The translations under genes were made by a program, and so were the position numbers. The notes under the pieces are model-generated. The model saw only the letters and a list, made by a program, of their open reading frames with translations, made no database searches and had not been told where the DNA came from. A stretch of 64,000 nucleotides of DNA from Eledone cirrhosa (Eukaryota): the NCBI GenBank assembly GCA_964016885.1, contig OZ024741.1, positions 294,438,001 to 294,502,000 of the forward strand, written 5' to 3'. This document shows positions 1-12,819 of the stretch, one piece after another; the stretch's first letter is position 1, and every line of letters starts with the position of its first letter.

Positions 1-422
1 AGCTTATTCTGATAATACTAGTACCAAAATCCTATCATCCTACCCATGGGGAAATTGAACTCACTTCTACTAAATACCATGGAAACTGGAGTGAAGTAGA
101 AGCCATATTGATTTTTTAGATTTATGAAAAGGTTAACTTATATGTCTGTATGTTTGTTAGTCATAATTTCAGTTTATCTATTTATTAATCTTTTTTATGA
201 TCTTCTCAGTATAACTGGCAGTCTATCTGTCTGTCTAGCTGTCTTTATATATAAATATCCTTCTCTGCCACTGTCTATCTCTGTCTTTCAGTCTTTCTCT
301 CTATCGATGAAATTATCAATCAACCTTACCCACCACCCTTTATATACATGTGTGTGTGTGTGTATATTTAAGTATATATAGATATAAAACACCTACACAT
401 ATTCATATATATGTATACATAT

Positions 423-1045
423 ATGTAATGATATATTTGGTTTAGTGAGAGAGGGGGATTGTGAGAGAGAGTGAGGCATGTAGAGAGATATAGAGAGGAG
501 AGCAGGAGAGAATTTGGTGGTCTAGTGAGAGTAGTGGAATTGTGAGAGAGAGTGATGTATATAGTGGGATATAGAGAGCGGGAGGGAATTTGTTGATTTA
601 GTGAGAGGGTATAGTCAGAGTGAGAATCAGTGAGGTATGCAGTCGACTACAGAGAGGGGAAGAGAATTTGGTGGTCAAGGGAGAGAGTGGGAATTGTGAG
701 AGAGAGTGAGGTATGCAGTGGAATATGGAGAGGGGAAGTGAATTTGATGGTCAAGTGAGAGAGGAGGAATTATGTGAGGGAAATTGAGTGAGGTATGTAA
801 TGGAATATAGAGAGGGTGAGAGAATTTGGTGGTCTAGTGAGAAAGGGGAATTGTGAGAGAGAGTCTGGTATGTAGTGGAATATAAAGAGCGGGAGAGAGT
901 TTGGTGGAGGTTTTTTGTGTGAGAGAGTGAATTCTGAGAATGTTTGGGAGTGAGATATGTAGTGGTATATAGGGAAGGGGAGAGATTTGTGGTTTAGTGA
1001 AAGAGTGACGTATGTAGTTGGATATAGAAAGAGGGAGAGAGTTGG
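423..1045. repeat. GA-rich minisatellite, about 76-80 bp unit, about 8 diverged copies
   Basis: The motif AATTTGGTGGTCTAGTGAGAGAGGGGAATTGTGAGAGAGAGTGAGGTATGTAGTGGAATATAGAGAG recurs at about 511, 587, 665, 741, 822, 898 and 984. Confidence 0.85.
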
Positions 1046-1183
1046 ACCCGTCCCACCTTTGCAAGCAGGGAAAAGTGGCCATAAAATGATGATGATGATG
1101 ACACACACATAACAAATACACACACACTTAAAAAGCTTTCTTATTTAGCAGGAAATATTCGCTACTTTCTCACAAGCATTATC

Positions 1184-1367
1184 GGATTGGCAGTATCGGT
1201 AGAGGGTTGGATGCCATGCTTTGACGCATAGAGTTACGGCCCTTGCCATTCTGAATTCAAATCCAGCCAAGGTTAACTTTGCCTTTCATCCTTACGGGGT
1301 CGATAAAATAAAGTACCAGTAATACACTGGGTATTTGCTGGCCTTGTGCCAAAAGTAGAAACAATTA
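1184..1367 (+). mobile_element. tRNA-derived SINE, family A (Nin/Deu-like central domain)
   Basis: A-box-like TGGCAGTATCGG, B-box-like TTCAAATCC and a central GCCTTTCATCCTTACGGGGTCGATAAAATAAAGTACCAG. More than 10 copies occur in the window. Confidence 0.85.
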
Positions 1368-1649
1368 TCTTTCTTTCTATCTTTCTCTCTCTATTTATAA
1401 AGGTACCCGGCAAAACCCTGTATCTCGGGAACCCATGCTCCGATTTACTCGAAACTTGTTTTATTCCATTTATATTCCCATTTCAGGGGTAACCTCCTCC
1501 TTTCAAAGTATTTTTCTATTATGCGCAGTTTTGGCTCACAATGACAGAATATAAATATTTATACATATGTGAGATATATGACTCTCCTTCAAATATATTG
1601 ATATCTATCTATCAATATGTATTTGTGTGTGTGCACGTAATTGCGTGTT

Positions 1650-1704
<55 letters not shown>

Positions 1705-2339
1705 AAAAGAATGAAACGAAATTTCCATTCTCACTCTTAGTACGGCTGATACTTAAATGTAAGTATGTATGTATGTATACGTACATACATATATGTATAC
1801 AGACGTACAGTAATATGTATATATATACATACATGCACACATATATATATGTACGTATTTACCGAACATTTATTATTATGTTCGTTTTTTTTGTAAACAA
1901 ACAGCCCGAATTACGCCGTACAGTGTTCAGGCAACCATCGTCGCCTTTTTGTTCAACACTGACATAATTCTACAAATTTCATACGTGTGCATATAACGGC
2001 TCTGTCTAAGTACATTGAGCTAACACAATACTGCAATAATACAGTACGGTGAGTAGGTGTTTATGCACATACGCTCCGAACTATACGTAAATAAATATAT
2101 ATAGATATATATTGGGACATCACGTATGAAATTTGTAGAAATTTGTTTTTTTTCTACAAATTTCTACACATTTCATACTTGACGACCTAATATATACATA
2201 TATATTTATGATATATTTATATGATACATATATATATATGATATATTTATATATATATGATTCATATATATATTATATATACGTATATATGTATATGATA
2301 TATATATATATATATATTATATATACATATATATGTATA

Positions 2340-2393
<54 letters not shown>

Positions 2394-2445
2394 CATATAT
2401 ATATTATATATACGTATAAGTGTATATGATATATATATATATATA

Positions 2446-2632
2446 TAATTGTTTCAACTTTTGGCACAAGGCCAGCAATTACCCAATACATTACTGGTAC
2501 TTTATTTTATCGACCCTGTAAGGATGAAAGGAAAAGTTAACCTCGGCGGGATTTGAACTCAGACTATAAAGGGCCATAACTCTTTGCTGCAAAGCATGGC
2601 GTCCGACCCTCTACCGATACTGCCAATCCACC
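2446..2632 (-). mobile_element. SINE family A copy
   Basis: Reverse complement of the 1184-1367 element. Confidence 0.85.
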
Positions 2633-2696
2633 TGGTAAAACTTGAACTGTTAAGATCTCGTTCCTGGATATGTCAATATTTATAAAACAAACTTTG

Positions 2697-2757
2697 TATT
2701 TTATCTGATGAGAGCGTACCAAAGTTTTGGTACCCTTGAAATATATATAATAGAATA
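2697..2757 (+). ncRNA. Type I hammerhead ribozyme motif in a short repeat of about 165 bp (2638-2802)
   Basis: TATTTTAT-CTGATGA-GAGCGTACC/AAAGTTTT/GGTACCCTT-GAAA-TATATA-TA-ATAGAATA gives an 8-bp stem I, intact core, stem II and a palindromic short stem III. Confidence 0.8.
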
Positions 2758-2798
2758 AATATGGTTTTATAAATATAGTTTCCATTTATTAATATCAT

Positions 2799-2834
<36 letters not shown>

Positions 2835-2838
<4 letters not shown>

Positions 2839-3688
2839 TCATCATCATCATCAACGTTTAACATCCGTGTTCCACGCTTGCATGGGTTTGGACGGGGGTA
2901 TTCCCACTTGAGGCAAGAGTGATTGTCCTGCTTGCATAGGACTGTCTGGCAGGTTTTCTACAGTTGGATGCCCTTCCTAACACCAACCACATTTACAGTG
3001 TGGGACTGGGAAGTTTTTACCGTGTTGCCTACATGGCCACATTACAGCGTGGACTGTGTGTTTTTTTGTCGTGACACCTACACGATCTCATTTGTTTCGG
3101 CCTGGATGTTGTGGCACCAATATAACTTTACATAGGAGGGGGTGGTGTGGATGGGGTGTGGGTGGTGGGACGTGGGTGTATTTTGTTAGAGATGCCTACT
3201 GGCTGTAGTAGGTTTTACTATGTATTTAGGTAAGGCGGGTCTTCTCTATTACTGAGTACCACCAAAGGTCTCGGTCCAGTGACATTGTCTTGGTGAGGTT
3301 TAAGTGTGTGAGGTCGGAGTTTATCAGCTCATCCCAGGTTTTTCTGGGTCTGCCTATTCCGTGGCTACCGTCTATCTTTATTGCCCTGCACTTTGTTATA
3401 CAGCTATCGTCTTTCATGCACATCACGTGACCATACCAACGTAGCCTTCTCTCGAGTAGACAACATCTGATCCCTCTTATTTCTAATTTTTTCCTTAGTT
3501 CGTTTATGCTTTGTCGTTCACGTATATTACTATTACACATCCAGCGGAGCATGCAAGCTTCGTTTCTCTCTAGTCTGCGTATATCTTCTGCACACAATGC
3601 CCAGGTCTCACTGCCATGCAACATTGCTGTTCGTATGCAGGCATCGTACAACCTGCCTTTCATTTTTAGGGAGAACCCTTTAGCGGCT
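2835..3688 (-). mobile_element. 5'-truncated RTE-clade LINE (ORF C-terminus, 3' UTR, (GAT)n tail)
   Basis: ORF 3226-3795 contains MLHGSETW...RLRWYGHV...GRPRKTW. The 3' UTR is nearly identical to 8398-8900. Confidence 0.92.
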
Positions 3689-3703
3689 AATATATATATA
3701 TAT

Positions 3704-3776
<73 letters not shown>

Positions 3777-3910
3777 TAGATGCAATAAAAACCACAAACC
3801 CTCCATCTCAATTCTACTTTTGAAAAGCATAGGAACTGTGAAACCGGTAAAGCAAACAAATAAATATTCCTGAAAAGACTCCAGTTGCATTTTCGATTTC
3901 ATCTTTTTTC

Positions 3911-3955
<45 letters not shown>

Positions 3956-4056
3956 ATCATATATATATATGTATCCTGTACATATATATGTATCACAAAC
4001 ATATATATGTATCATATGCATATATATATATATATCATCATCATCATATATATATA

Positions 4057-4229
4057 TATAACAAAGGAATTGTGGTAAGGAACCAGATGGACCATAACGC
4101 ACCAGAGTACTCAATACTTAGGGTAGTAGAGTGGGTAATAGGAAAAAGTATGATCCCGACAGTAGAGCTCAAGCCGTGAACTGAAATTGCCGTCGAAATG
4201 GCTTGAGCTCTACCGTCGGGGTCATACTT

Positions 4230-4235
<6 letters not shown>
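4057..4235 (-). mobile_element. Short fold-back repeat family P2 (putative PLE pLTR remnant)
   Basis: Inverted arms 4142-4177 and 4198-4233. Homologous to 22348-22535 and 48621-48822. Flanked by (TA)n. Confidence 0.65.
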
Positions 4236-4265
<30 letters not shown>

Positions 4266-4279
4266 TATATATATATATC

Positions 4280-4942
<663 letters not shown>

Positions 4943-5516
4943 TATATATATATAAATATATACACACACACACACCTATATATATATATCCGACATCAAC
5001 ATACACATATATGACACCCCTTCAAATATATTGATATCTGTCTATCAATATGTATACATATGTGTGTGTGTTTCTTTGTGTGTGCGTGTGTGTAATTGGT
5101 TGTGTTTGTGTGTTAACATAGATAGAGAGATAAATTTTGTATTTATTAGTGATACAAAAATATTATTATTTTAGAAATATTCTCCAACACTGTGTTGTTG
5201 CCAAACAAACGACTGTACCATATCTACTTATATCTATCTCTATATTTTCCTCAATCTATTTCTATCCTTATTGCATACATAACTAGAGTAATAATTTAAG
5301 CACAAAATTGCAATTTAACATCACATGGAGGATATTATCAAGCGCTTAACCATACAAACCTTGGAGGAGACCATGCTCGTTATGAAAAATATGAAATGCT
5401 ATTTACCAAGGTCCTATCATTCCATAAAACTTTAGAGCTAATTTCTTCATTCAGACACAATAAATACACCACAAGATAAAAGGAAATATCATAACTCCAA
5501 TGGAACCTCCACTAAA

Positions 5517-5518
<2 letters not shown>

Positions 5519-5614
<96 letters not shown>
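5519..5614. repeat. (TTTC)n microsatellite
   Basis: Perfect tetranucleotide run. Confidence 0.97.
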
Positions 5615-5929
5615 TATCAAATCCTCCAGAAACCTATTCTTTGACAAATGTAAACTCCTTTCCCTTTCAACCATGTTTATACCTATATTTGTATTTTGAC
5701 TTACTTTCCTAACCCTAACCTAAAAATAAATTTGAACTTTTGACACAATGAAACCCTAAATACACACACATACCACAAGACAAAAAAAAACTTTATAATC
5801 AATTCTTATTTATCTTAAAAACCCTAAAAATAATTTGAACTCTTAACGCAATGGAACCCCACCTAAATGCATTTGCACGCACACACACATAACAACAATA
5901 GGAACCACAAAATTCCATCTGGAACGTTA

Positions 5930-6660
5930 TTATGGCATTTCTAACAGCAAGGATAATATCAATTCAGATCTATCTAAATCACTTAATCATCTTACCATAA
6001 TTAAAGTTTTGTTTAATAGAATAGGTGAAATTGAAGAATAGCAACTATCTATGTCAAATTGTATAAATTTAATCATTTTTTGTCATCAAGATTAGTAAAC
6101 GATTTTATTACCCAATTGGTGTTACTCCTTAAATCTAAAATTATTTTTTGTTTGATTGTGGTTATAATTCTGTCTAGTATTTTTTTGCTAATCTTTCCAA
6201 TACCAAAAGTAGAAGGGCATATAAGTCTGATGATTGAGTTATTATCCAAATCTACTCTATGGTCTTTTAAGGTGAACCTAGGGGTATATGGTTCAGTGTA
6301 TCTTTTAAGGTGTATGTTTTTAAGAATGTGTTTTTACCCTCTTTGATTATATCCTTCTAATGACTAATTGCAAGTATTTTGTATCTTTTATCCAATTCTT
6401 CATGAATAATAGATTTATATGTTTGAAAGTCTAAGCTATAAATATTCTTAGTTTCATCAGCTAAATCATATTCTATATATATTGGATTTAAATATGTTTG
6501 AGCTTTAGTCATTTAAAAAAAGATTTCATGTACATATAGGGTTTTTCAAACTTAATGTTTTTAGTTATGTTGAGGAAGTCCTTTTTGAAATTATCCAATA
6601 CTATGCTATGTGGTAGTTATTTGTATATTTTGAAACCATATGGAATTGAGGGTGATTTGT
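5930..6660 (-). pseudogene. Degenerate Penelope-like element reverse transcriptase fragment
   Basis: Manual minus-strand translation across stops and a frameshift gives RFTLKDHR...IRLICPSTFGIGKISKKILDRI...KFIQFDIDSCYSSIS, matching the PLE RT KDHK, RLINP and FDI..FYPSI motifs. Not in the ORF track. Confidence 0.75.
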
Positions 6661-6773
6661 TCTTATTTTGTTTCTTGTCCTTGTTCTGCTCATATATATG
6701 TGTGTGTATGTGCGTGCGAGCACACGCATATATATATATATATATGTGTGTGTATGCATTTATACATGTATAC

Positions 6774-6813
<40 letters not shown>

Positions 6814-7454
6814 ATGACCATATATCTACATATATGTATATATGATAGTACATACAAAGTCATACCTCAGTAATTATAATAGTTTGTGTATACGATTAGA
6901 TTCAGTATTCAAAATCAATATTATTTTTCATGATATATTTAAACTTAAAAGTCAAGGATTTTTTTTTATTTAAAAACATGAAAACATTCTTTATTTAAAA
7001 GCATGTTTAAAATATTTATTCTAAAATACGAACACATTTGTAATATATGCTTTCAAAAGACATTATAAATTTATTTTATATTGCGACTGAAATAACAGGT
7101 GGTAAATGCTTCCTACACTGATTTCCTATTTATTTGACCTATCCTTGCCTAACCCACACCTAACTTTTCCCTATTCCCTTTTGTATTCAGGTTTACTACA
7201 TCTCACCTAACTTTGTTAAAGTTACATATACAAATTAATCTCATTATTACCGATTTGACAAGCCAGTAATATCTGCAAAACTTTGAAATAAACAGTCACA
7301 AAAAATAACGCACACATACAAACACATGCCCACTCACTCACATACATACATACAAATATACATCTCTCTCTCTTTCTCTCTCTTCTCTCTCTCTCTTCTC
7401 TCTCTCTTTCTCTCTCTTCTCTCTCTCTCTCGATATATATATATATATATAAAT

Positions 7455-7797
7455 ACACCCCCATCCCACTACCCCTACCCACACGCCCATCTACACCACC
7501 CTTTTTTCTGTAAAGTTATGTTGGTGCCGCAACATCCAGTCCTAAATAAATGAGGTTGTGTAGGTGTCACGACAAAAAACACAGTCCACGCTGTATTGTG
7601 GCCGTGTAGGTAACACGGTAAAAACTTCCCAGTCCACACTGTAAACGTGATTGGTGTTAGAAAGGGCATCTAGTGGTAGAAAACCCACCAGACAGTCCTA
7701 TACGAGCAAGACAACCAATCTTGCCTCACGTGGGACATTTCCCGTCTAAACCCATGCTAGCATGGAAGATAGACGTTAAACGATGATGATGATGATG
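7455..7797 (+). mobile_element. RTE LINE 3' UTR fragment
   Basis: Homologous to the RTE 3' UTR, with a (GAT)n tail. Confidence 0.85.
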
Positions 7798-8900
7798 ATT
7801 TATATATATATATATATATAAAATCATGTGTGTGTGTGTGTGTGGCTGATAGCAAAAATGAGTCAAAAGAACAGGTGAGCCAACAGTTTAATCTTTTAGC
7901 ATTTACATTACTCTCATCATCATCATCATCGTTTAACATCCATCTTCCACGCTTGCATATATATACTATTATATTTTCATAGTTAAAGCTTTATTTAACA
8001 TAATTGTCTCATATAATATCGAATCTATGATATTTTGCTATTATTTATTTTGAGAACAATACCTTAACATCAATATGAGCAGTTGGTTACAGCCAGTTTG
8101 AACAGAAAAGAGTGAGAAAATTCTGGCCAGATAAGACCAGTTTAAATGCTAAAGGACTAAATGTAAGTGTGTAAAATAAAGTAAACAAAAAGTGGAAGAA
8201 AGTAAAAAAGTAGACATGAGGTTGAGAAATATATGCACAAAAATATAAACAATATGGTCACAGTGGAAATATTTGGACACCAAATATAAGAAAGAGAAGG
8301 GTTTTCATGTTAGACCCTTTATCAAAGTAGAGTAAGACAAGAAAACAAAAAGTTCATGATCAGATGTGCTTTGAATCACTACACCCTGTGTGTGTATATC
8401 ATCATCATCATCATCAACGTTTAACGTCCGTGTTCCACGCTTGCATGGGTTTGGACGGGAGTTTTCCCACTTGAGGCAAGAGTGATTGTCTTGCTCGCAT
8501 AGGACTGTCTGGCGGGTTTTCTACAGCTGGATGCCCTTCCTAACACCAACCACATTTACAGTGTGGGGCTGGGAGGTTTTTACCGTGTTGCCTACACGGC
8601 CACATTACAGCGTGGACTGTCTGGCGGGTTTTCTACAGTTGGATGCCCTTCCTAACACCAACCACATTTACGGTGTGGGGCTGGGAGGTTTTTACCGTGA
8701 TGCCTACACGGCCACATTACAGCGTGGACTGTGTGTTTTTTTGTCGTGACACCTACACGATCACATTTGTTTCGGCCTGGATGTTGTGGCACCAACATAA
8801 ATTTACATTGAAAGCGGCGGTGTGGATGGGGTGGGGTGGGTGGGACGGGGGTGTATTTTGTTAGAGATGCCTACTGACTGTAGTAGGTTTTACTTTGTAT

Positions 8901-10518
8901 TTAGGTAAGGCGGGTCTTCTCTATTACTGAGTACCGCCAAAGGTCTCGGTCCAGTGACATTGTCTTGGAGAGGTGTAAGTGTGTGAGGTCGGAGTTTATC
9001 AGCTCGTCCCAGGTTTTTCTAGGTCTGCCTATTCCGTGGCTACCGTCTATCTTTATTGCCCTGCACTTTGTTATACAGCTATCGTCTTTCATGCGCATCA
9101 CCTGACCATACCAACGTAGCCTTCTCTCGAGTAAACAACATCTGATCCCTCTTATTTCTAATTTTTTCCTTAGTTCGCTTATGCTTTGCCGTTCACGTAT
9201 GTTACTATTACACATCCAGCGGAGCATGCAAGCTTCGTTCCTCTCTAGTCTGCATATATCCTCTGCACACAATGCCCAGGTCTCACTGCCATGCAACACT
9301 GCTGTTCGTATGCAGGCATCATGCAACCTGCCTTTCATTTTTAGGGAGAACCCTTTAGTGGCTAATAGTAGTATAAGCTCTCTGAACTTTTTCCATCCAG
9401 TTCTGACTCTAGCTACTGTACTTTCAGAGCACCCTCCCCCACTGCTGATTTTGTCACCCAGGTAACGGAAGCTGTCCACTATTTCTATAGAACCATCTGT
9501 TCAATGGATTGAGCTAGTATTCTGTCGGCACTTGCTGCTACTTATTGCACCAGAGCACCGGCCACATGTAAAATCTATGTTCTTAGTTAGCTTACCTGTG
9601 ATCCCACTACATCATTTATGCACCCATACTTTGCATTTGGGACATAAAATGGAGTTTCTACCTACGCCTTTCCTACACACTGAGCATGGCCATTTCCCGG
9701 AAGGGACCGTCGCCTTATTTTCTTTCCTACAAACTAGAACTTTAGTCTTAGCCAGGTTAATTTTAAGGCCTTTTGATTCTAGGCGGTGCTTCCATGTTTG
9801 GAATTTCTTCTCTAGCTCGGCCATTGATTCAGCTATGAGCGTTAGATATCTGCGTATAGGAGTTCCCATGGGCAGCCGGTCTTGAACTCCACTGTTATAG
9901 CCTGAAGGGCAATAATAAATAGTAGGGGGCTAAGAACAGAGCCCTGATGAACACCAACTTTTACACTAAACTCTTCACTATATTCGTTGTTAATTCTAAC
10001 CTTGCTGACTGTTTCTTTATACATGGCTTGTATAGCTCTCACAAGCCATTCGTCAACACCTAGTTTTCTAAAAGCCCACCAGATAATGGAACGGGGGACT
10101 CTGTCGAAGGCTTTCTCCAAGTCAACAAAAGCTATGTATAGGGGTTTACTTTTAGCTAGGTACTTCTCCTGTAGTTGTCGTACAATGAAAAGAGCGTCTG
10201 TGGTACTTTTGCCTGACACAAAACGAACTGCATTTCATCTAGATCAATTCTCTCTCTGATTAGTTGCGCTATAACTTTTTCCGTGACCTTCATGACCTGG
10301 TCGATTAATTTAATGCCTCTATAGTTACTCCTATCTAGGGCATCTCCTTTACCCTTGTAACAGTTAATGATGATGTTGCTACGCCACTCCTTCGGAACAA
10401 CCCCATTCTGTATGACTTGGTTTACTATCCGGGTGACCATGGTGTGTCCCACCGTTCCAGAGGCTTTCAGCATCTCAGCAACTATTTCCGAAGGCCCAGC
10501 CGCCTTACCCATTTTCAA
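8901..10518 (-). pseudogene. RTE reverse transcriptase and C-terminal region (frameshifted)
   Basis: NYRGIKL, FVDLEKAFDRV, GVHQGSVLSPLLF, LLYAD, FRYLG and HGSETW motifs split over four ORF pieces. Confidence 0.93.
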
Positions 10519-10543
10519 ATCTTTGATTGCCTAACTTATTATA

Positions 10544-11398
10544 CTACCTTCGACTAACACTGAGGGATTTAGTGTTTACAACAGACACTCTGTCACGTCT
10601 TCTGGTAAGGATATAATCTACCTGGCTGGTATGTTCCCCCAATCTGTAGGTGATCAAGTGATTGTCTCGTTTTTTGAAGTTAGTGTTACAGATAGTTAGG
10701 TTATTTGCATCACAGAATTCCAGGATTCTGGAGCCTTCCTCATTTCTAGTACCAAACCCATAGCCTCCGTGGATTCCGTCATAGCCGTCACAATGTTGAC
10801 CAATGTGGCCATTTAGGTCGCCAGCAATAATTATATAGTCACTGTCGGTTATTTGGAAGGTAGTGAGCATCAGTGTCTCATAGAATCTGTCTTTTATAGC
10901 GCCAGGCAGTCCGGATTGGGGCGCGTATGCCGATATTACTGTCACAGTAGTTCTATTTAGAACAAGTCTTATTTTAATTATTCTGTCATTTACTCTATTT
11001 ACATCTATTATCTTATCCACCCATTTTTCTACTAACATGATTCCTACCCCACCTATCCCATTGTCATTTCCCACCCAGAAGAGCTTATAGCAACGTTTTT
11101 TACCCTCAATGAATCTAGTAGACCCGCCCCTCCACCTGGTCTCTTGGATACAGCAAACATCAACCTCCTTACGTTCAAGCATTTCTACAACCTTGTTAGA
11201 GCGGCCTTTTAAGGTGCCTACATTTATGGTACCAACTCTGAAGTTTTGGATTGTGTTTGGAGGATGGGGCGCAGGGATGGGTGAGGGGGATGGAGTTGGG
11301 GTTATGTTGGCCATCCGCGGCCGAAACAAAGAGGAGGGGGACTTGCCCTTTCGTCCGGCAGCATGAGGTGAATTTGTCGTTATCTTTGGCATTGTCAT
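10544..11398 (-). pseudogene. RTE apurinic-like endonuclease domain
   Basis: GTINVGTL, CIQETRW, SAYAPQ, GDLNGHIG and SQVDYIL motifs. Confidence 0.93.
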
Positions 11399-12079
11399 CG
11401 AGTGTCCAGATTCTTCAGACTCTCCAGAAATTCCTTAGTCCATCCATCATATCGAAAAGCAGCCAGAAGTGATAGCATAGGCTGTTGACTTGTGATTGGT
11501 CCAAATAATAAGGTGGAGAGTGGGTAATAAGGTGGAGAGTGGGGGCGGGAGGGACGGGTATGGGGTAGTTAGCAAAGTGGGGTAGTTAAAAATACAAGAA
11601 GATTATTTAGAAACAACCAGACAGAATTATAGAATAGCATTGAGAGAGAGAGAGCAAAGATTGGATTTTGGGCGATATACGGATATATGAATGAATGGAC
11701 CGATAGCAAAGAGAAGATTATTTAGAACAATATGAATGAATGAACCGATAGGCTGGAGAGAGATAAGAAAAATGGCATTTACATTATACTTCGCAGGGAT
11801 GAGGTCTCACCATTTTTGAGCGTTGACAAATTCTGAGATTCAGGTTTATTTATATTTGGAGAGAGAAGGGAGTGATTGAAAGGGTGAGCTAGCCAGCGCG
11901 TAACACGCGTAACACGCGTAACACGGCCAAAATTAAACAAACAAGATTGTTATTTTAGAAAAGCAAAGAGAAGATTATTTAGAACAAAGTGGGGTAGTTA
12001 AAAATACAAATATATATATATATACTCACAGGGTGTATATATATATACACACAGGGTGTATATATATATATACACACGG

Positions 12080-12139
<60 letters not shown>

Positions 12140-12819
12140 TTATATAGCCCACACTGTAAAGTGGTCATGTAAGTGTCATGACAAAAACCCCCAGTACACA
12201 CTGTTAATGTGGTCGGCATTAGGAAGGGTATCCAGCTGTAGAAACCAAGCCAAAATCAGTTCTGTAAGAGCAAAACATGGCCACCTGACCTGGCATTTAA
12301 CCCATGCTAGCATGGAAAAATGGATGTTAAATGGTGATGATGATATATATATATATATATATGTGTATATGAAAATATATGATAACTGCCAGTTCCTTAC
12401 AAAAGACGAGCCATCTCTTCAACAAATTCCCTTCTATTATGAACCACCGCTAACTGCAGGCTTCAGGCGAGTTTGATGATTGAAGAGGCTTTGTTTAGGT
12501 CATATTTTCTAGACCCTTCCTATGTTGTATGGGTGAGCAGTGCATCCCTAAAAAGGGCTGCTCAGATGCTAAAGGTTCCGCTAAAGCATATTGCTGTTCA
12601 GGTTAACAGTGCAGTGATGTTAGGTTAAAACGTGAGTCACCCACGTGTAGATTTGTGACTATGTGCTTGTAACCAGTCGAGTCGGCACATGAAGAAATAT
12701 GTGCACATAAAGATGGCAAAGCTTCGTACTTATGATACACACATAGTACCCACTCCATCCTCACAGCTGTGCCCAGTGACAAGCCAAGGTAAGATAACAG
12801 AACAATTACAAAGACCCCA

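Larger units (their letters stand above)
8398..12008 (-). mobile_element. Near-full-length, disrupted RTE-clade non-LTR retrotransposon
   Basis: 5' UTR about 12008-11400, then APE endonuclease, RT, Cys-rich insert, C-terminal domain, 3' UTR and (GAT)n tail at 8398-8416. No clear target-site duplication because the flanks are microsatellite. Confidence 0.95.

Noticed and set aside
423-1045. Regularly spaced repeats resembling a CRISPR array
   Set aside because: Whole units are homologous with no unique spacers, the context is eukaryotic, and there are no cas genes.
2564-2785. Duplicated small ORF METIFIKPYLF (also 50063-50263)
   Set aside because: It is the antisense reading of the hammerhead-bearing repeat, not a gene.
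8380-12060. ACACCCTGTGTGT / ACACAGGGTGT flanking the RTE as a target duplication or terminal repeat
   Set aside because: The match is inverted rather than direct, short and within microsatellite, so it cannot be distinguished from chance.
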